A stretch of 64,000 nt of DNA from Eledone cirrhosa (GCA_964016885.1 OZ024746.1:76074001-76138000), one strand, 5' to 3'. Counted from the stretch's first letter, positions 43,261 through 57,199 are shown. Program-made: numbers and translations. The notes: generated by a model from the sequence alone, not told the origin.

Positions 43261-43676
43261 TAATTGTTTCTACTTTTAGTACAAGGCCAGCAATTACCCA
43301 GTGCATTACTGGTACTTTATTTTATCGACCCCGTACGGATGAAAGGCAAAGTAAAATAATATAAGAAAGAGTGTATTTCATCAGAAATATAACAAGGCAA
43401 AGGTTTCTTTTCTCAGTAAGTCCCCTGTTCTCAGAAATAAAATAATTTCAACTTACTGTTTGGCAAACTGACAAACCTAGTTTTTGACACTTCTTAGTCT
43501 GACCACGCTAAGAAAATTCCTAAATACATATATCCTACTACAATAATATGACAGGTCATAACAGATACGACTCTTTGGATTTGGGATTTTCCATACGAAG
43601 TAAAATACTTTTAAACAGGAATTGAATTTGGGGCCCCAGCTATCACTTTCTTGAAAGGCTATCTAATCCTTTACAA

Positions 43677-43907
43677 CTGGAATGTCAAACTGAGGGTCTC
43701 CCGAGGGCCACATGGGTCATATATGTGTTGTCTGAGGGCCACATGGGTCACATGTGTTGTCTGAGGGCCACACACAACTCATTGTGCACATTACAACTAA
43801 TTTTACTAATGTAAAACATGCTCGCGCTATAAAAATCTTTGTGCGGGCCGCTGTTATGCTTGTAAAGGGCTGCATGCGGCCTGCGGGCTGCCTGTTTGAC
43901 ATGCCTG
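43677..43907. mobile_element. hAT MITE with 8-bp TSD
   Basis: TIRs CTGGAATGTCAAAC / GTTTGACATGCCTG; CTTTACAA duplicated at 43669-43676 and 43908-43915. Confidence 0.88.
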
Positions 43908-46693
43908 CTTTACAACACTTAACTTATAATATACTATACCACATGAAACTACTTTAGCAAAAACATAAAAAATTGAAGTCTTTACTCGATATTGCAAATT
44001 TTCAGTGATCTGGTCCACCAATAAATATACTAAAAACATTTGAATTAAGAAATCACATGGAACTACATTAACAAAACATACTTGAACTGTACAAAAGAGC
44101 ACTATGCATCACATTGAAAATTGAAGTCTTTACTCTGATACTGTAAATTTTCACAACAATCTGTCTATTTGTAAATATACTAAAAAAAATTTGAATAAAC
44201 AAACCTGTTTTTAAATATTTTCTACCAAATCATTACAGGATGTTAAGAAGTGAAAAGCATAAAACAATCATTTTCAACGTGTGAATTATTCGTCTTTTGG
44301 GCGTTATCAATGTTTGTTTGTCACTGTGATAAGTTCAAGAGTATTTTTAAATGTTCAATGAAAAAAACTTTTATATTTTAAAATACTCTAATAACCACTA
44401 ATCCTTGTTTTAATCTGAACCCAACCCATTATCAAATTTGTTTCTTTTTGTTAACTTTTATTATTATTTTTTGAAGTGTGTTTTTAAAAAAAATTTGTAA
44501 ACGGATTCCTGCTTGAAAATCTAAATCGCGAGAGTCTTTAGCTAGTCGGTCGACTTGCTAAATATACCAGCCAAACCTTCCTTGATCCAGCAGAACTATG
44601 GGGAAATGTATTACAGTCGTGATTATCTTTTTTTTTTTTTTTTAGAACTATATACGACTGGATTACTTTTATGTTCTTTGCTTTCTTAAGATGATATAGT
44701 TTAATTTGAGTGAAGCTTAGCTAATTTTACAGCCGTGACCATTGTTCTTAGAGATATATAGGACTAGATTATTTAATGTGCTCTTTGCATATTTAAGAAG
44801 ATAGAGTTTAGTTTGAGTGAGGCTTAGCTGTTATTTTTAGCAGCCTATAATGAGATGTAAACTCGTTAACTGTTCACTAGCTATGGGTCAACTTTGATCG
44901 AACAGATCTAGGATTAATTGTATTCAAACCCTGAACACCCCATTTTTTTTTCCAGATTTGCTGGCCTTGTGCCAATAGTAGAAACAATTATTTAATGTAT
45001 CCTTGGCTTATTTAAGATGACAGAAAATTTTTATTGAGGCTTGGCTACTATTTTTAGCAGCCTCCAGCGAGATGTAAACACATAGCTCTTCACCCAAGAG
45101 GCAGACCTCGTATTCATCCGACCAATGTGGCTCCATTAATCAATTAGTAATTCAATTATTAATCTGAGTACGTGACACCACACTAAAAACAGACTTATTT
45201 AGCTTACTAATAAATGTTGAATTAGTTGCGTGCTATGTAATTAATTGTAATTGAAGGGCGTTGGATTTAAATTGGATTAGTATAATAGAAAGATATTTAG
45301 ACTGCCACAAGAGACTCTGAACTACATCGGAGCATTAATAAACGTATGTACATGTGTGATACATCATTTCTAGTAAACCCTTTCTTTTTAACAGCTCTAG
45401 ATTCTGTAGCTATTCTGAACCTATAACAGACGTGTCGTTGACACAATATGATTCTGTAGAGAGGGTCGGTGCTACCATTTTGCCAACTAGGCAGCTCACC
45501 TAGGGCGCAGACGTCAGAGAGACGCATTACTGAACTTTAAATGATCGCAGTTTTTAAATAATTAAATTAAATAAATAATAATTTCTGCGATCATTAAACA
45601 GCTTTGCCTTGTAACAGTATTGTGGGTCGTTAGGTGTTATGACAGTCACATGATTTGGCGTCGATGAGTGTTGACTGTGTATTAGAAAATATATACTTAT
45701 TAATTTTCTTAGTGCAATCAAGTATGAAGTGTCAAAAACTAGGCTCGTCAGATTACTCAACTGTATGTCAAAATTATTTTATTTGAGAGAAAGAGGCTCA
45801 CATTGTAGAGCTAGCTTAGGGTGTTAAATGCCCAAACACCGGCTCTGTATGAACATGCTGGGTACATCATTTCTATTAAATTCTCTCTTTTTAACAGTTC
45901 TATCACTATAGCCATTCTAAAGCTATCGTATTTATCACTAGAAAATAGTTTTAAATAAATCGTTGATATAACTCCTCGCGGCAGAAAAAAGTGGATTTTC
46001 GCCCTTGGAATCTACCTATATGCCGGAAGGATGTATTGCCAATCCTACGGACGATTATTAATTTTTTTCCACCTCGAGAATTTAGAACTATTTTATGGTG
46101 ATAATTCATGGGTCGTAGTTCTTTGCTCAGTGGCAAAAAAGAAAAAAAAAATATTCCTTTAAAATTTCAATCTCCCGCACGCTTTATATACTTTCTAATC
46201 GTATCCATATATAAAAGGTGTCGTTGACATCATATGATGCTCCATACAGAAGCATCAGAAATGTTTGGCTTATAAACGCAAAGGGATTGCCAATTCAAAT
46301 ATATAATGAAACCAAAAAGAGACTTCTTCATTTTGTAAGTGTTTTAATAGTGTGTAAACAGAATTAAGCTACATGCGTGAACCACTTTGGAGTGTGGTCT
46401 GAATAATGTATTGTACACATCCAGAAGTATTGGTCACTCATTTACCTACCTGCGTTAATTTTAACAGACTTTGGGTTGCTTTAGAGTTTTGCAAACGAAT
46501 GAATGATAGCAATATGAATTTTAAATAACAATTATAATTTTCGTTTTTGTATTTGTTTTGCAAGAATCTTGATGTGCAGTATTGAACCAGATATTGTTAT
46601 ACTTTGAGAAAGTCATGCTGCCAATAAAAACACACGTTTCAGTTTTGTTTGTGAAATATTTTTTTCTTTCATAACGAGGCTCTCATATGTTTA

Positions 46694-47829
46694 TCTATAT
46701 ATATATATATAAAACTGTAGTTGTCTGTGTGTGTGTGTGTGTCCTCATTTTTGCAAAGTCTAAACAAATCCACATTTCTACTCCGATTGACTTCAAACTT
46801 GCATTTATATATTCCTTGCGGTCTAAAGATATTAACTGCAGCTTTTATTTTTCAATTTTCTGTTGTTAAAGGGGGGTTAGGCGCCGGTTATCGGTCTCCG
46901 TCGCGCCCTTATAATATCTGTCTGTATGTGTGGCTGTCTGCATTACGACATTATGACAATCATTGATGACGTATTATGTTCGCTATTTTCCGTTCATTGC
47001 CAGGGAACGTCTTCCTGTTTTCCTTCGGTTGCAACGTTTTTCGAAATATTTACTTCTGCGTTCACAGATTGATTTTTTTAGTTTCAGAAGATCCCATTAA
47101 GGGTGAAAGCAGCGATTCTTTGCTTAAACTTTAATCTGTTATTTTAATATATAATATAAGCGAGGCAAGCTAGCCCAGTTGCCACTTTGTGCGTCATTCA
47201 TCTAACTATAGACCAACAAATACCAACTAAACGGAGCGTTGACAAGAACGATGGCGAATGAATCTTCGAGGTAAGCAGTTTTCTCCCGAGCTGTTAGTTC
47301 ACGCGGGATTCTCTGCTACACCTTTTCGTAATAATACCGAACAACGTACTACTGGTCACTCCTTCCTCCAAATGCTGTACAAAGCAGACATGTGCATCGG
47401 GCAGATGGATCGGGTACAAATCTACACCAGGCCTACGCGAGAAATTCGCAAGGGACTGCACCGAGAGGGATAGAGAGAAAGAGTAACTTAGTGACAAGAG
47501 TGCGAATGAACTTTTGAGGTAAGTAGCCTACGCCTTACTGCTATTGCACTGGAACCTTCTGCCAACTTAACCTGTGACTTTCTCTTTCACATTTACTCCA
47601 ATAGGCCAAAACATAGGAGTGTGAAAAGAAGTGGCTCAACAATATTTCTATGAACAATGCACGTAGACAGCTAAACTGTACTTTCAACTTCTTAATTTTC
47701 TCCCAATAAAACAAGTTTCCTGTAGGTATATTTTCGTGAGTTTTTAACAGGCACTCACAAATAAACGTTTCTCGTTGGAGGTGCGATTACCAATGTTCTT
47801 ACCCGTGCAACGCCGGGATACACTGCTAG
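46694..47829 (+). mobile_element. non-autonomous Helitron
   Basis: A|TCTATATA... 5' start; 3' CCCGTGCAACGCCGGG hairpin plus CTAG|T; no TSD. Confidence 0.8.
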
Positions 47830-47884
47830 TTGTATATAAACATATAGTATATGCTTTCATATAGCGTTACGCTTAACGCTACTG

Positions 47885-47936
<52 letters not shown>

Positions 47937-47937
<1 letters not shown>

Positions 47938-48126
47938 CGAAGGAAATGGGGTAAGGAACCAGATGGACCATAACGCACCAAAGTACTCAATACTTAGGGT
48001 AGTAGAGTGGGTAATAGGAACGAGTAGGACCCCGACGGCTGAGCTCAAGCCGTTTCGACGGCTAATTCTAAGTCCAGAATTAGCCGTCGAAACGGCTTGA
48101 GCTCAGCCGTCGGGGTCCTACTCGTT

Positions 48127-48131
<5 letters not shown>
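47937..48131. mobile_element. family F fold-back element, arms 48014-48069 / 48076-48131
   Basis: 56-bp perfect arms; GAAACGGCT(TGAGCTC)AGCCGTC^GGGG is the 3' half of a hammerhead; TA flanks. Confidence 0.72.
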
Positions 48132-48212
<81 letters not shown>

Positions 48213-48800
48213 CGTTTTGTTTTTGTTATAACTATCTAAGTTTAGCTGGCCTTCTACGAGGTTGCATATCATAGGAGGCTTCTCGGATGTTTTTAATTAT
48301 ATGGACTCAAGCCTCTATCATGAAATGAAACGTCTGGTTTAAGAATACAACACCCTGTCATGGCAGAATTTGAACTCAGAGCGCCATAACAAATACCGCA
48401 ATGCATTTTATCAAACGTTCTAACGACTATGGTATAATTTCACCACCATAAATTTTAATGAATGTACACCACTAAAAGTCTCTCACCACTAAAAGTCTCT
48501 CACTGAAAGAATTCAGAAGTTTCCCAGGTGAAAACAAAAACCTACTTTAATGAAGGCCGCTGTTTTCAGCTTCGATGATTGAAGGTTAGGAAATTAGTTT
48601 TTCCTTTATGTATGTATGTATGTATGTATGTATATGTGTGTGTCTGTGTGTAAAAGAAATAACAACACAAACGGTACAACACTATATCCGGACGTTCATA
48701 CATGCACACACACATACCATACGTACACACATGCATACGTATGTGTGTGTCTATGTACGTATGCATATATGTATGTCTCTATCAATATATCTATGTATAT

Positions 48801-48855
<55 letters not shown>

Positions 48856-49266
48856 AAGAGAGAGGGAGAGAGTAGAGGGAGATAGAGAGAAAGAGAAGAC
48901 ATATATACATACATAGAGAATGAGTGTTCTGTTTTCAATCGTAAGGTCGTAAGTTCGATTCTTGGACCAGGCGGCACGTTTCTCTTTGAGCAAGGCCATT
49001 TTGTTTTTCATGTTGCTCCACTCAAGTAGCAAAAATGTAATTCAAGGAACCATCCTTGTCGCACATTGTATCACGCTGAATCTTCCTTCACGTGACTGTG
49101 GAATGCTTAACCGCTTACACGTTAATTTCGCGGTTAATAATCAACTGATGCACACGTCGTTGGAAGCAATGTATGTCCAACAGCAACAGTACATATATTT
49201 ATGTGTGTATGTGTGTGTGTTGTTGTTGTTGGACCTCCGTCGTTGATAGATTCTTAATATATATTC

Positions 49267-49598
49267 AGTTGTCCCCCGATATTCGCGGGGCTTACGTTCC
49301 TACAGCACCCGCGAAGAGTGAAAACTCGCGAATATTGGACGTGGTTCATAAAAATGCCTATCAACGTCGAAACATAAGGTATAATATAGGCCAGCACATA
49401 CGGTATATTGTTTTTAATAATTTAGCGTTAAAAAGCGTGAAAATATATATATTGCCATTAAAAAATCGCGGAAGATATTTACGATTCCGCGAATATGCGA
49501 TGGTTTCCACGAACATTTATTAGTTAGGATCTAAGGAAATTTCCGCGAAAAACCAGGATCGACAATGTTCGGGACCGCGAATGCCGGGGGTACACTGT
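49267..49598. mobile_element. pogo/Tigger-type MITE
   Basis: TIRs CAGTTGTCCCCCGATATTCGCGG / CCGCGAATGCCGGGGGTACACTG-TA; internal CGCGAA repeats. Confidence 0.7.
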
Positions 49599-49704
49599 AT
49601 TAGGGATCTATCAATGTTGTGTCGGTAGGAAAGCAACACAAGTTGATTTATCTGGAATAACCCTATCAACAATCAATAATACACAAAATGAATTCATTAT
49701 ATCA

Positions 49705-50506
49705 CAGAGGTAGAGAGTTGGACACCATGCTTTGCAGCATAGAGTTACGGTCCTTTACGATCTGAATTCAAATCCCGCCGAGGTTAACTTTGCCTTTCGT
49801 CCTTACGGGGTCGATAAAATAAAGCACCACTAACCTACTGGGTCGATTTAATCGACTTCCCCTCCCCCCAAATTACTGGTCTTGTGCCTATATAAGAAAC
49901 CATTATATCACAGAGGCAATTAATTAATAATTCGATTTTGAAAGGCCTGTGAACCGAAGACATACAAAACTCCATACAATGACAAAATATCCAGGATAAA
50001 ATAAAATTTAAAAAAACGTGCAGTGAGAGAAACAAAGTTAGAAAAAAAGCTAGTGAGAGTGAAAGAACTCTTACAATAGCAGGCAGAAAGATAGACACAA
50101 AAATGTCAGATCAGTCAGTGTAGAAAGAAAAGAAAAAAAGTGAAACAAAAGAAACAAAGAAACCGAAAACTGTTTTAATACTTTTCTAGTTTAATCTGCT
50201 TAAGTCTGCTGATCTTTAAAGCTATAAGACGGATGGGTGTTAACAGGAGGAAGTAGGCTATTGGCATGTAGTCTTGAGACTGACAGCCTTGTACATTAGA
50301 GACCTGCATGGTCACATTATTGCGTATGGGGAGAGGATGTGCCTACAGCCCACACACAGAATTGGCGCTACAATTAAGGTCAACTAGGGCTTAGACCTCA
50401 GAAAATCGCATTTCTGAACCTAGAAGGATCAGAATTTTATACAAAATCATATAATTAAATTAAATATATAATAATGATTTCTACTATAGGCACAAGGTCA
50501 GAAATT

Positions 50507-50537
<31 letters not shown>

Positions 50538-51260
50538 CGATTAAATCGACCCCAGTGCATTACTGGTGCTTTATTTTATCGACCCCGCAAGGATGAAAGT
50601 CAAAGCTAACCTCAGCTAACCTCAGCTAACCTTTACGTTCTGAATACAGAACGTAAAGGGTAAACTCTATGCTGCAAGGCATGATGTCCGACGCTATAAC
50701 CGATACTGACAATTCACTCTCTGCGATCAATAAATCGATCGCTAAACATCTTTCCCACGTAATAGCGTCGAGGAAATATCCAGGTAGATTTAATCGACTT
50801 TTCACTCCCTTCAGAAATCGATGACCTTATGCTTGTCTTTGTTTCCGTCCCTTGATATTCTGTGTTCAAATTTAGCTGAGTTCAACTTTGCCTTTCATGC
50901 TTGGGGGGGGGGGGGGGGATTGAGAAGGTCTAGAGGGTGTTGAGGCCTAAGGGAGTGGTGGGGTTGGGTAGAGATGATATAATAGTATATTAAATATCAA
51001 ATGATACATATTATATATAAATATAGTAAAATAAAAAATATATATAATTTTTATTTATACATAGTATATATTATATTGTTTATTGGCAGTATCGGTAGCG
51101 GGTCGGACGCCATGCTTTACAGCATAGTTACGTCCCTTTACGGTCTGAGTTCAAATCCCGTCGAGGTTAACTTTGCCTTTCATCCTTACGGGGTCGATAA
51201 AATAAAGCACCTGTAATACACTGGGATATTGCTGGCCTTGTGCCAAAAGTAGAAACAATT
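49705..51260. mobile_element. SINE-A copies (49705-49905 +, 50470-50715 -, 51082-51260 +)
   Basis: SINE core in each. Confidence 0.8.
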
Positions 51261-51932
51261 ATATATAAATTAACGATTTTATTTATTATATATTATTTAC
51301 AATTTGCATATAGGTAGGTCTCTCTAGAAATAGGGCTGGGGTGGGGCGTTGAGGGTATTATGTGGCCGTAAGGGTGGCGGTGGCCCAAAAGGCTTGAGAC
51401 CCTCTGGTTTATCCGTTTCCCCGTATAAAAAAAAAAAAAAAAAATGCTAGCCTTGTGCCTTAATTAGAAACCACCATTGAGTGTGACTCACAAAATATTT
51501 TATTTAAAAAATAATGTATCATGAATACACTTAAGTCAGCTGACGTGCTCCCAAAGTGAAGCATATCACACGTGTTCTTTCAAGAGTGAAGAGAGCCATT
51601 ATTTTTCTTTAAAACAACAATGAATTACCAAACTAAACAAGCTGCCATTGGCGACCAAGAAAGCTGATTTAAGTACATTTAAATTGTTGTTGATGGTGGT
51701 AGTGGTAATGGTAGTTATAGTAGTAGTAGTAATGTAATTACTGTCGTTGTTGTTGTTGTTGGTAGTGGTCGAGATGGTACTTCTTCTTCTTGCTGTCCTG
51801 ATCAAAAGGAAGGCGGTGAATGTGCAGAACCATTAGAACAGTCTTCGTTTCGAGTTCAAATTTCGTCGAGGTTGACTATACTTTTCATCATTTCGGGGTG
51901 AATACATATAATACCAGTGAAGTTCTGGGCCG

Positions 51933-51975
<43 letters not shown>

Positions 51976-51977
<2 letters not shown>

Positions 51978-52397
51978 CAGAAGGAATATTCAATTTGTTG
52001 GTAATTCAACAAATATAAATGTTTATAACTGATTCAGAGCACTCGACAAGTTTTCTGATATTAAATAAATGGAAACTATATTTATAAAACCATATTTATT
52101 CTATTATATATATTTCAAGGGTACCAACATTTTGGTACGCTATCATCAGATAAAATACGAAGTGTGTTTTATAAATTTTGACATAACCAAGGAAATCATA
52201 CCTTAACGGTTCAAGTTTCCTTGACTATCCAAGGAAACTTGAACCGTTAAGGTATATTCTCCTTGGTTATGTCAACATTTATAAAACACACTTCGTATTT
52301 TATCTGATGATAGCGTACCAAAATGTTGGTACCCTTGAAATATATATAATAGAATAAATATGGTTTTATAAATATAGTTTCCATTTATTTAATATCA
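51976..52397. mobile_element. family B fold-back element, 168-bp arms 52056-52223 / 52230-52397
   Basis: Few mismatches, 6-nt loop, tail homologous to the 18103 and 32905 copies. Confidence 0.78.
52296..52356 (+). ncRNA. type I hammerhead ribozyme (mirror 52097-52157 on -)
   Basis: tattttat-CTGATGA-tagcgtaccaa(aatg)ttggtaccctt-GAAA-tatat-ATA^-atagaata. Confidence 0.8.
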
Positions 52398-52602
52398 TTG
52401 TATATAAATATATATATATATCACACACAAAAAAAGACAATCAGTATTGTGGCGAATGGAGTCTATTGGACATATTACAATTCCATACGTCACAACACTG
52501 ATTCTCTTTTTTTGTGATATCATACTCTGCTCTATGGGACCATCGAGTACTCAAACGGCCTACCGCATACGGACGCTTTAAGCATCCAACACCAATTATA
52601 TT

Positions 52603-52681
<79 letters not shown>

Positions 52682-52830
52682 CCCTGCTTTGAACCACACT
52701 ATGGTACTGCTAATTAATCCTAGCCAGGTCAAGCACACGCTGAGTGAAAATGAACTTCTCCAACAGATGTTTTACACACAAAAAGTATATAAACTATAGC
52801 TTTTCTTCTCTCAGTACCGACTGAATAAAC

Positions 52831-52874
52831 GTCACTGATGATGGATTAAAAATCCTGAAACACTAGCATCTAGC
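52831..52874 (+). ncRNA. degenerate hammerhead
   Basis: gtca-CTGATGA-tggatt(aaa)aatcct-GAAA-cactag...; 3' side of stems III and I mutated. Confidence 0.5.
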
Positions 52875-54084
52875 ATTCTCACGCGGCTACTAAGGTATCT
52901 TAAAACCCTAATAGAAAGACTATATGTTTATTAGGCATAAACATATTGTATATGCCTTCATATATTATGAATCACGCTATGTTCACACACAAACACATAT
53001 GCACACATAGATACACATACACACACACACACACATACATACACACACATATATATATATATATATAACAGAGAGGCAGTACAAATAAGAGTTTATTAGG
53101 TTCACGCTTTTGAGAGTGGGAGGGGGAGGGGACGTTACTCTGCAAAGTGGTCTATGAACAAACCCCAGATTTAGAGTCTATTTATATTGCAGCTAGACTG
53201 TATTTGATTTCTTGATATTTCGTCTGTTTCCGTTATATCCCGGCTTTTGTTTTTGTTTTCGGGTGTTAAATACAAGCGACACATATACATACATTATTTA
53301 CAATGAAAGATCCTGCCCAAATTAAATTCGGTCAACATTCCACACCACAACCAATATTGTGCACACGCTCTCTCTCTCTCCCTCTCTTTCTTCCTCCAGC
53401 TATAACCTGACGGTCAACGCTTTCGCTATTTATTGATTGGATAACTTTGAAGTGAATCACGGAATAACTAAAAGTGAAGAAGAAGATGCGTAGTTTAACG
53501 GTTAGGAAGTTCAGTTCACGACCATAAGGTCGTGAGTTCGATTCCTGGTGGTCCGTTATGTCCTTGAACAAAACATTTTGCTTCCTGCTCCAGTGAACTC
53601 AACTGGCAAAACCATAGTTGTGTCCATAATTCAAAGAGCAAACCTTGTCACATAGAATTGCATTAAGGATATACGTATCTGAGGAATGCTTGTCCACCTT
53701 TATTTTAATATCATGAGCAGGCTGCTGCTCCATTGTTCGAACAAAGGATCACTCATTGTCCGAATCGACAGATGTCTGACAGCAACAACCATATAAAAGT
53801 GAAGAAGTTTCTAATAGATATTTAAGGTAGCTGTTGTGTGCAGAGTGTAGATAGATTAAGAAGCATAGAAGTCAGTATTGCAGCATAAGTACAAACTTTA
53901 TTGGTATATTACAATTTATATGTGTCTTTGCACATATAAACTCGCATATGTGACGACACCATGATTTTATCCTGAGCTGATCGATAGCGAAACAATTGTA
54001 ATATGTCAATAAATTTTGTACTTATGCTACAACACTGCTCCACTGACTTATATTCTTCTCTCTCACTCTCTCTCTCTCTCTCTC

Positions 54085-54166
<82 letters not shown>

Positions 54167-54169
<3 letters not shown>

Positions 54170-54948
54170 AGGGGGTGTAACTTGGAGTTACTGCAGGTTC
54201 ACTCGGGAGAGCACTCGATGTTTAGGTTCACTTCTGTGTTGAGGTGTAGAGCTATACAGAGTGTAATATATTGAAAGGATAACAAGGACGATTGGTTACT
54301 CCTTCATTACATTTATTGGTAGGTGACGCGCGTTTCGCCACTGATCAGCTCACGGTTCGATCTGTATCGATCCTACCCGACTCAATGATCGGCAGCTCGA
54401 CGGACCCTTTAAAATGCTATAAGAAAATGAAATACATGCTATGTGGTAAAGACAGAAATTCAAGAGTTTGACAATATGAGTTGTTTTGATTGGTGGGAAG
54501 GATCAAAGGGATGTACTGGCCTGTAGTGCATGTGGGGGTGGATGTGATGATGAGATGTTGGTGACGGTCACTGTCTGGGATGGGCTGTGGTGTGGGGGTA
54601 GTGGGTTGGATTTGGCCTGTAGTGTATGTAGGGTGGATGTGATGATAAGATGTTGGTGACGGTCGTTGGCTGCGATGGGCTGTGATGTGGGGGTGGCGGA
54701 TTGGCTTTGGCCTGTAGTGTATGTGGGGTGGATGTGATGATGAGATGTTGGTGACGGTCACTGTCTGGGATGGGCTGTGGTGTGGGGGTAGTGGGTTGTC
54801 GGTAGACGGGTTGGCGTGTGTGCGGTGTGGTTGTGGTGTTGTTGTTTATGGTAGTGGAGTTTGTGGTGGTGTGGTTGATGTGCCGGTGGTGTCGAGTCCA
54901 TGGGGAGATACATACCTAGACACTCTTAGTCTGACAAATACGTTGTAT
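54167..54948 (-). mobile_element. Penelope-like 3' end with ~95-bp x3 repeat and partial hammerhead
   Basis: Minus strand GAAACGCGCGTC^acctacc-AATAAA; tail motif at 54210; tandem units 54517-54798; TA flanks. Confidence 0.55.
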
Positions 54949-55304
54949 ACATATATATATATACATGCGCATATATACTGATACATATACATACGTACAC
55001 ACCCATATATACACAGATACACGCGCCCACATAGATCCACACATACATATATCTATATGCATATATACACACATGTATGTGCATGCGCGGGTGTGGATAT
55101 ATATATAGAGAGAGTGGGAGAGTATCGGTGGGGGTGATGTAGAACAAAGATAGAGGGAAGGTGAGAGCCAATGGAGATGGTGTTGTACATATAGACATAC
55201 ACATACATACACATATACGGATATGCACACATACCCGTACACACGCGTATACATAAACATACACATACACATACACATACATACATACATATATACACAC
55301 ACAC

Positions 55305-55335
<31 letters not shown>

Positions 55336-55336
55336 A

Positions 55337-55511
55337 CGAAAGAAATGTGGTAAGGAACCAGGTGGACCATAACGCACCAAAGTACTCAATACTTAGAGTA
55401 GTAGAGTGGGTAATAGGAACGAGTAGGACCCCGACGGCTGAGCTCAAGCCGTTTCGACGGCTAATTCTGGAAACGGCTTGAGCTCAGCCGTCGGGGTCCT
55501 ACTCGTACCTA
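55337..55511. mobile_element. family F fold-back element
   Basis: Near-identical to 47937-48131 with a different junction. Confidence 0.72.
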
Positions 55512-55919
55512 TATATATATATATATATAATGGAAAAATTTGAACAGGTACTATAGTACTGGTGACCTATCATAAATACACCTTGGAGTAAACTGTATAT
55601 TTCACATTTCATTTAAAAAAAAATATTTTCACATGCTTTTTACATGCTGCTTTTGGTGCTTGAAATATGTACATAACCTCATATATCACAATACTTCATT
55701 TAAACTATACTGCTATGACAAATTTAATTATCTATGTTAACATTTAGCCCCCGTTGTGAATTATATTGAACTTTACCACTCAATAAAAACAAACAAAACA
55801 AACTTTTTTATGATAGTCGGATGTATGAACTCGTCAACACCATTAGATAAGATACACCGTAAAAATTCTAGAACACTCATGTTATTTCTTCAACTTATCT
55901 TTTCCTTGTTGAATCTGAT

Positions 55920-56052
<133 letters not shown>

Positions 56053-56065
56053 ATATGTGTGTGTT

Positions 56066-56210
56066 TTGACAGCTAGATCGGATTTAGCTGTCAAAACGGC
56101 CGGAGCTCAGCCGTCGGGGTCCTGACTCTTTTCCTATTACCCACTCTACTGCCCTTAGTACTCTGGTGTGTTATGGTCCACCTGCTATCTTACCACACCT
56201 CCTTTGTTAT
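56066..56210 (+). mobile_element. diverged family F copy
   Basis: GTTTTGACAGCTAGATC-G-GATTTAGCTGTCAAAAC hairpin, then CTCAGCCGTCGGGGTCC...GTTATGGTCCACC tail into TA. Confidence 0.65.
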
Positions 56211-56439
56211 ATATATATCCGACCTCACACGCTTACACCTCTCCAAGACAATGTCACTGGACCGAGACCTTTGGCGGTACTCAGTAATAGAAAAAGACCC
56301 GCCTTACCTAAATACAAAGTAAAACCTACTACAGTCAGTAGGCATCTCTAACAAAATACCCCCCCCCCCCCCACCACCACCACCACCCCCACCCCATCCA
56401 CACCGCCCCTTTCAATGTAAAGTTATGTTGGTGCCACAA

Positions 56440-56708
56440 CATCCAGGCCGAAACAAATGAGATCGTGTAGGTGTCACGACAAAAAAACAGTCCACGCTGT
56501 AATGTGGCCGTGTAGGCAACACGGTAAAAACCTCCCAGCCCCACACTGTAAATGTGGTTGGTGTTAGGAAGGGCATCCAGCTGTAGAAAACCCGCCAGAC
56601 AGTCCTATGCGAGCAAGACAATCACTCTTGCCTCAAGTGGGAAAACCCCCGTCCAAACCCATGCAAGCGTGGAACACGGACGTTAAACGTTGATGATGAT
56701 GATGATGA
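56440..56708 (+). mobile_element. SINE with GGTTGGTGTTAGGAAGGGCATCCAGC core and (GAT)n tail
   Basis: Core motif and CGGACGTTAAAC-(GAT)n end. Confidence 0.6.
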
Positions 56709-56862
56709 TATATATATAGAGTATATGTTGGTTGTATACCAACACCTCAGTATGCAGACTGGAGCACTCGACGAGGTGCGCAGGTTGGTTTGGTTACTCC
56801 GGAGTAATGTAAAATAAAATAAAATAAATAAGTCAAATGTTTAAAATTTGGCTTCGTTTATT

Positions 56863-56917
56863 ACTGCTATATATATTTCGGTGACAGCCAGCTTTGGCTG
56901 TGACCTCTTCAGGCAGT
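56863..56917 (-). ncRNA. type I hammerhead ribozyme
   Basis: actgc-CTGAAGA-ggtcacagcca(aagc)tggctgtcacc-GAAA-tatat-ATA^-gcagt-AATAAA. Confidence 0.88.
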
Positions 56918-57098
56918 CCGAATTAGTGTGGTAGAGACGAGTACACATGTTGTTGAGGTGTTTAACTTTGTCAATACTCTGATATGCCCAGTTCCTGGTT
57001 GGGTTGTTGTTTCTATGAGGAACTGGAGTCATATCAGAGTATTGACAAAGTTAAACACCTCAACAACATGTATACTCGTCTCTACCACACTAATTCGG

Positions 57099-57153
57099 AC
57101 TGCCTGAAGAGGTCACAGCCAAAGATGGCTGTCACCGAAATACATATAGCAGT
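57099..57153 (+). ncRNA. type I hammerhead ribozyme
   Basis: Mirror of 56863-56917 with two substitutions. Confidence 0.85.
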
Positions 57154-57199
57154 AATAAACGAAGCCAAATTTTAAACATTTTACTTATTTATTTTATTT

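Noticed and set aside
47258-47473. 71-aa ORF inside the Helitron
   Set aside because: No Rep/helicase motifs recognisable; too short to call
56984-57175. Mirror-image ORFs in the family G palindrome
   Set aside because: Consequence of the inverted repeat; only a faint resemblance to a Penelope ORF end
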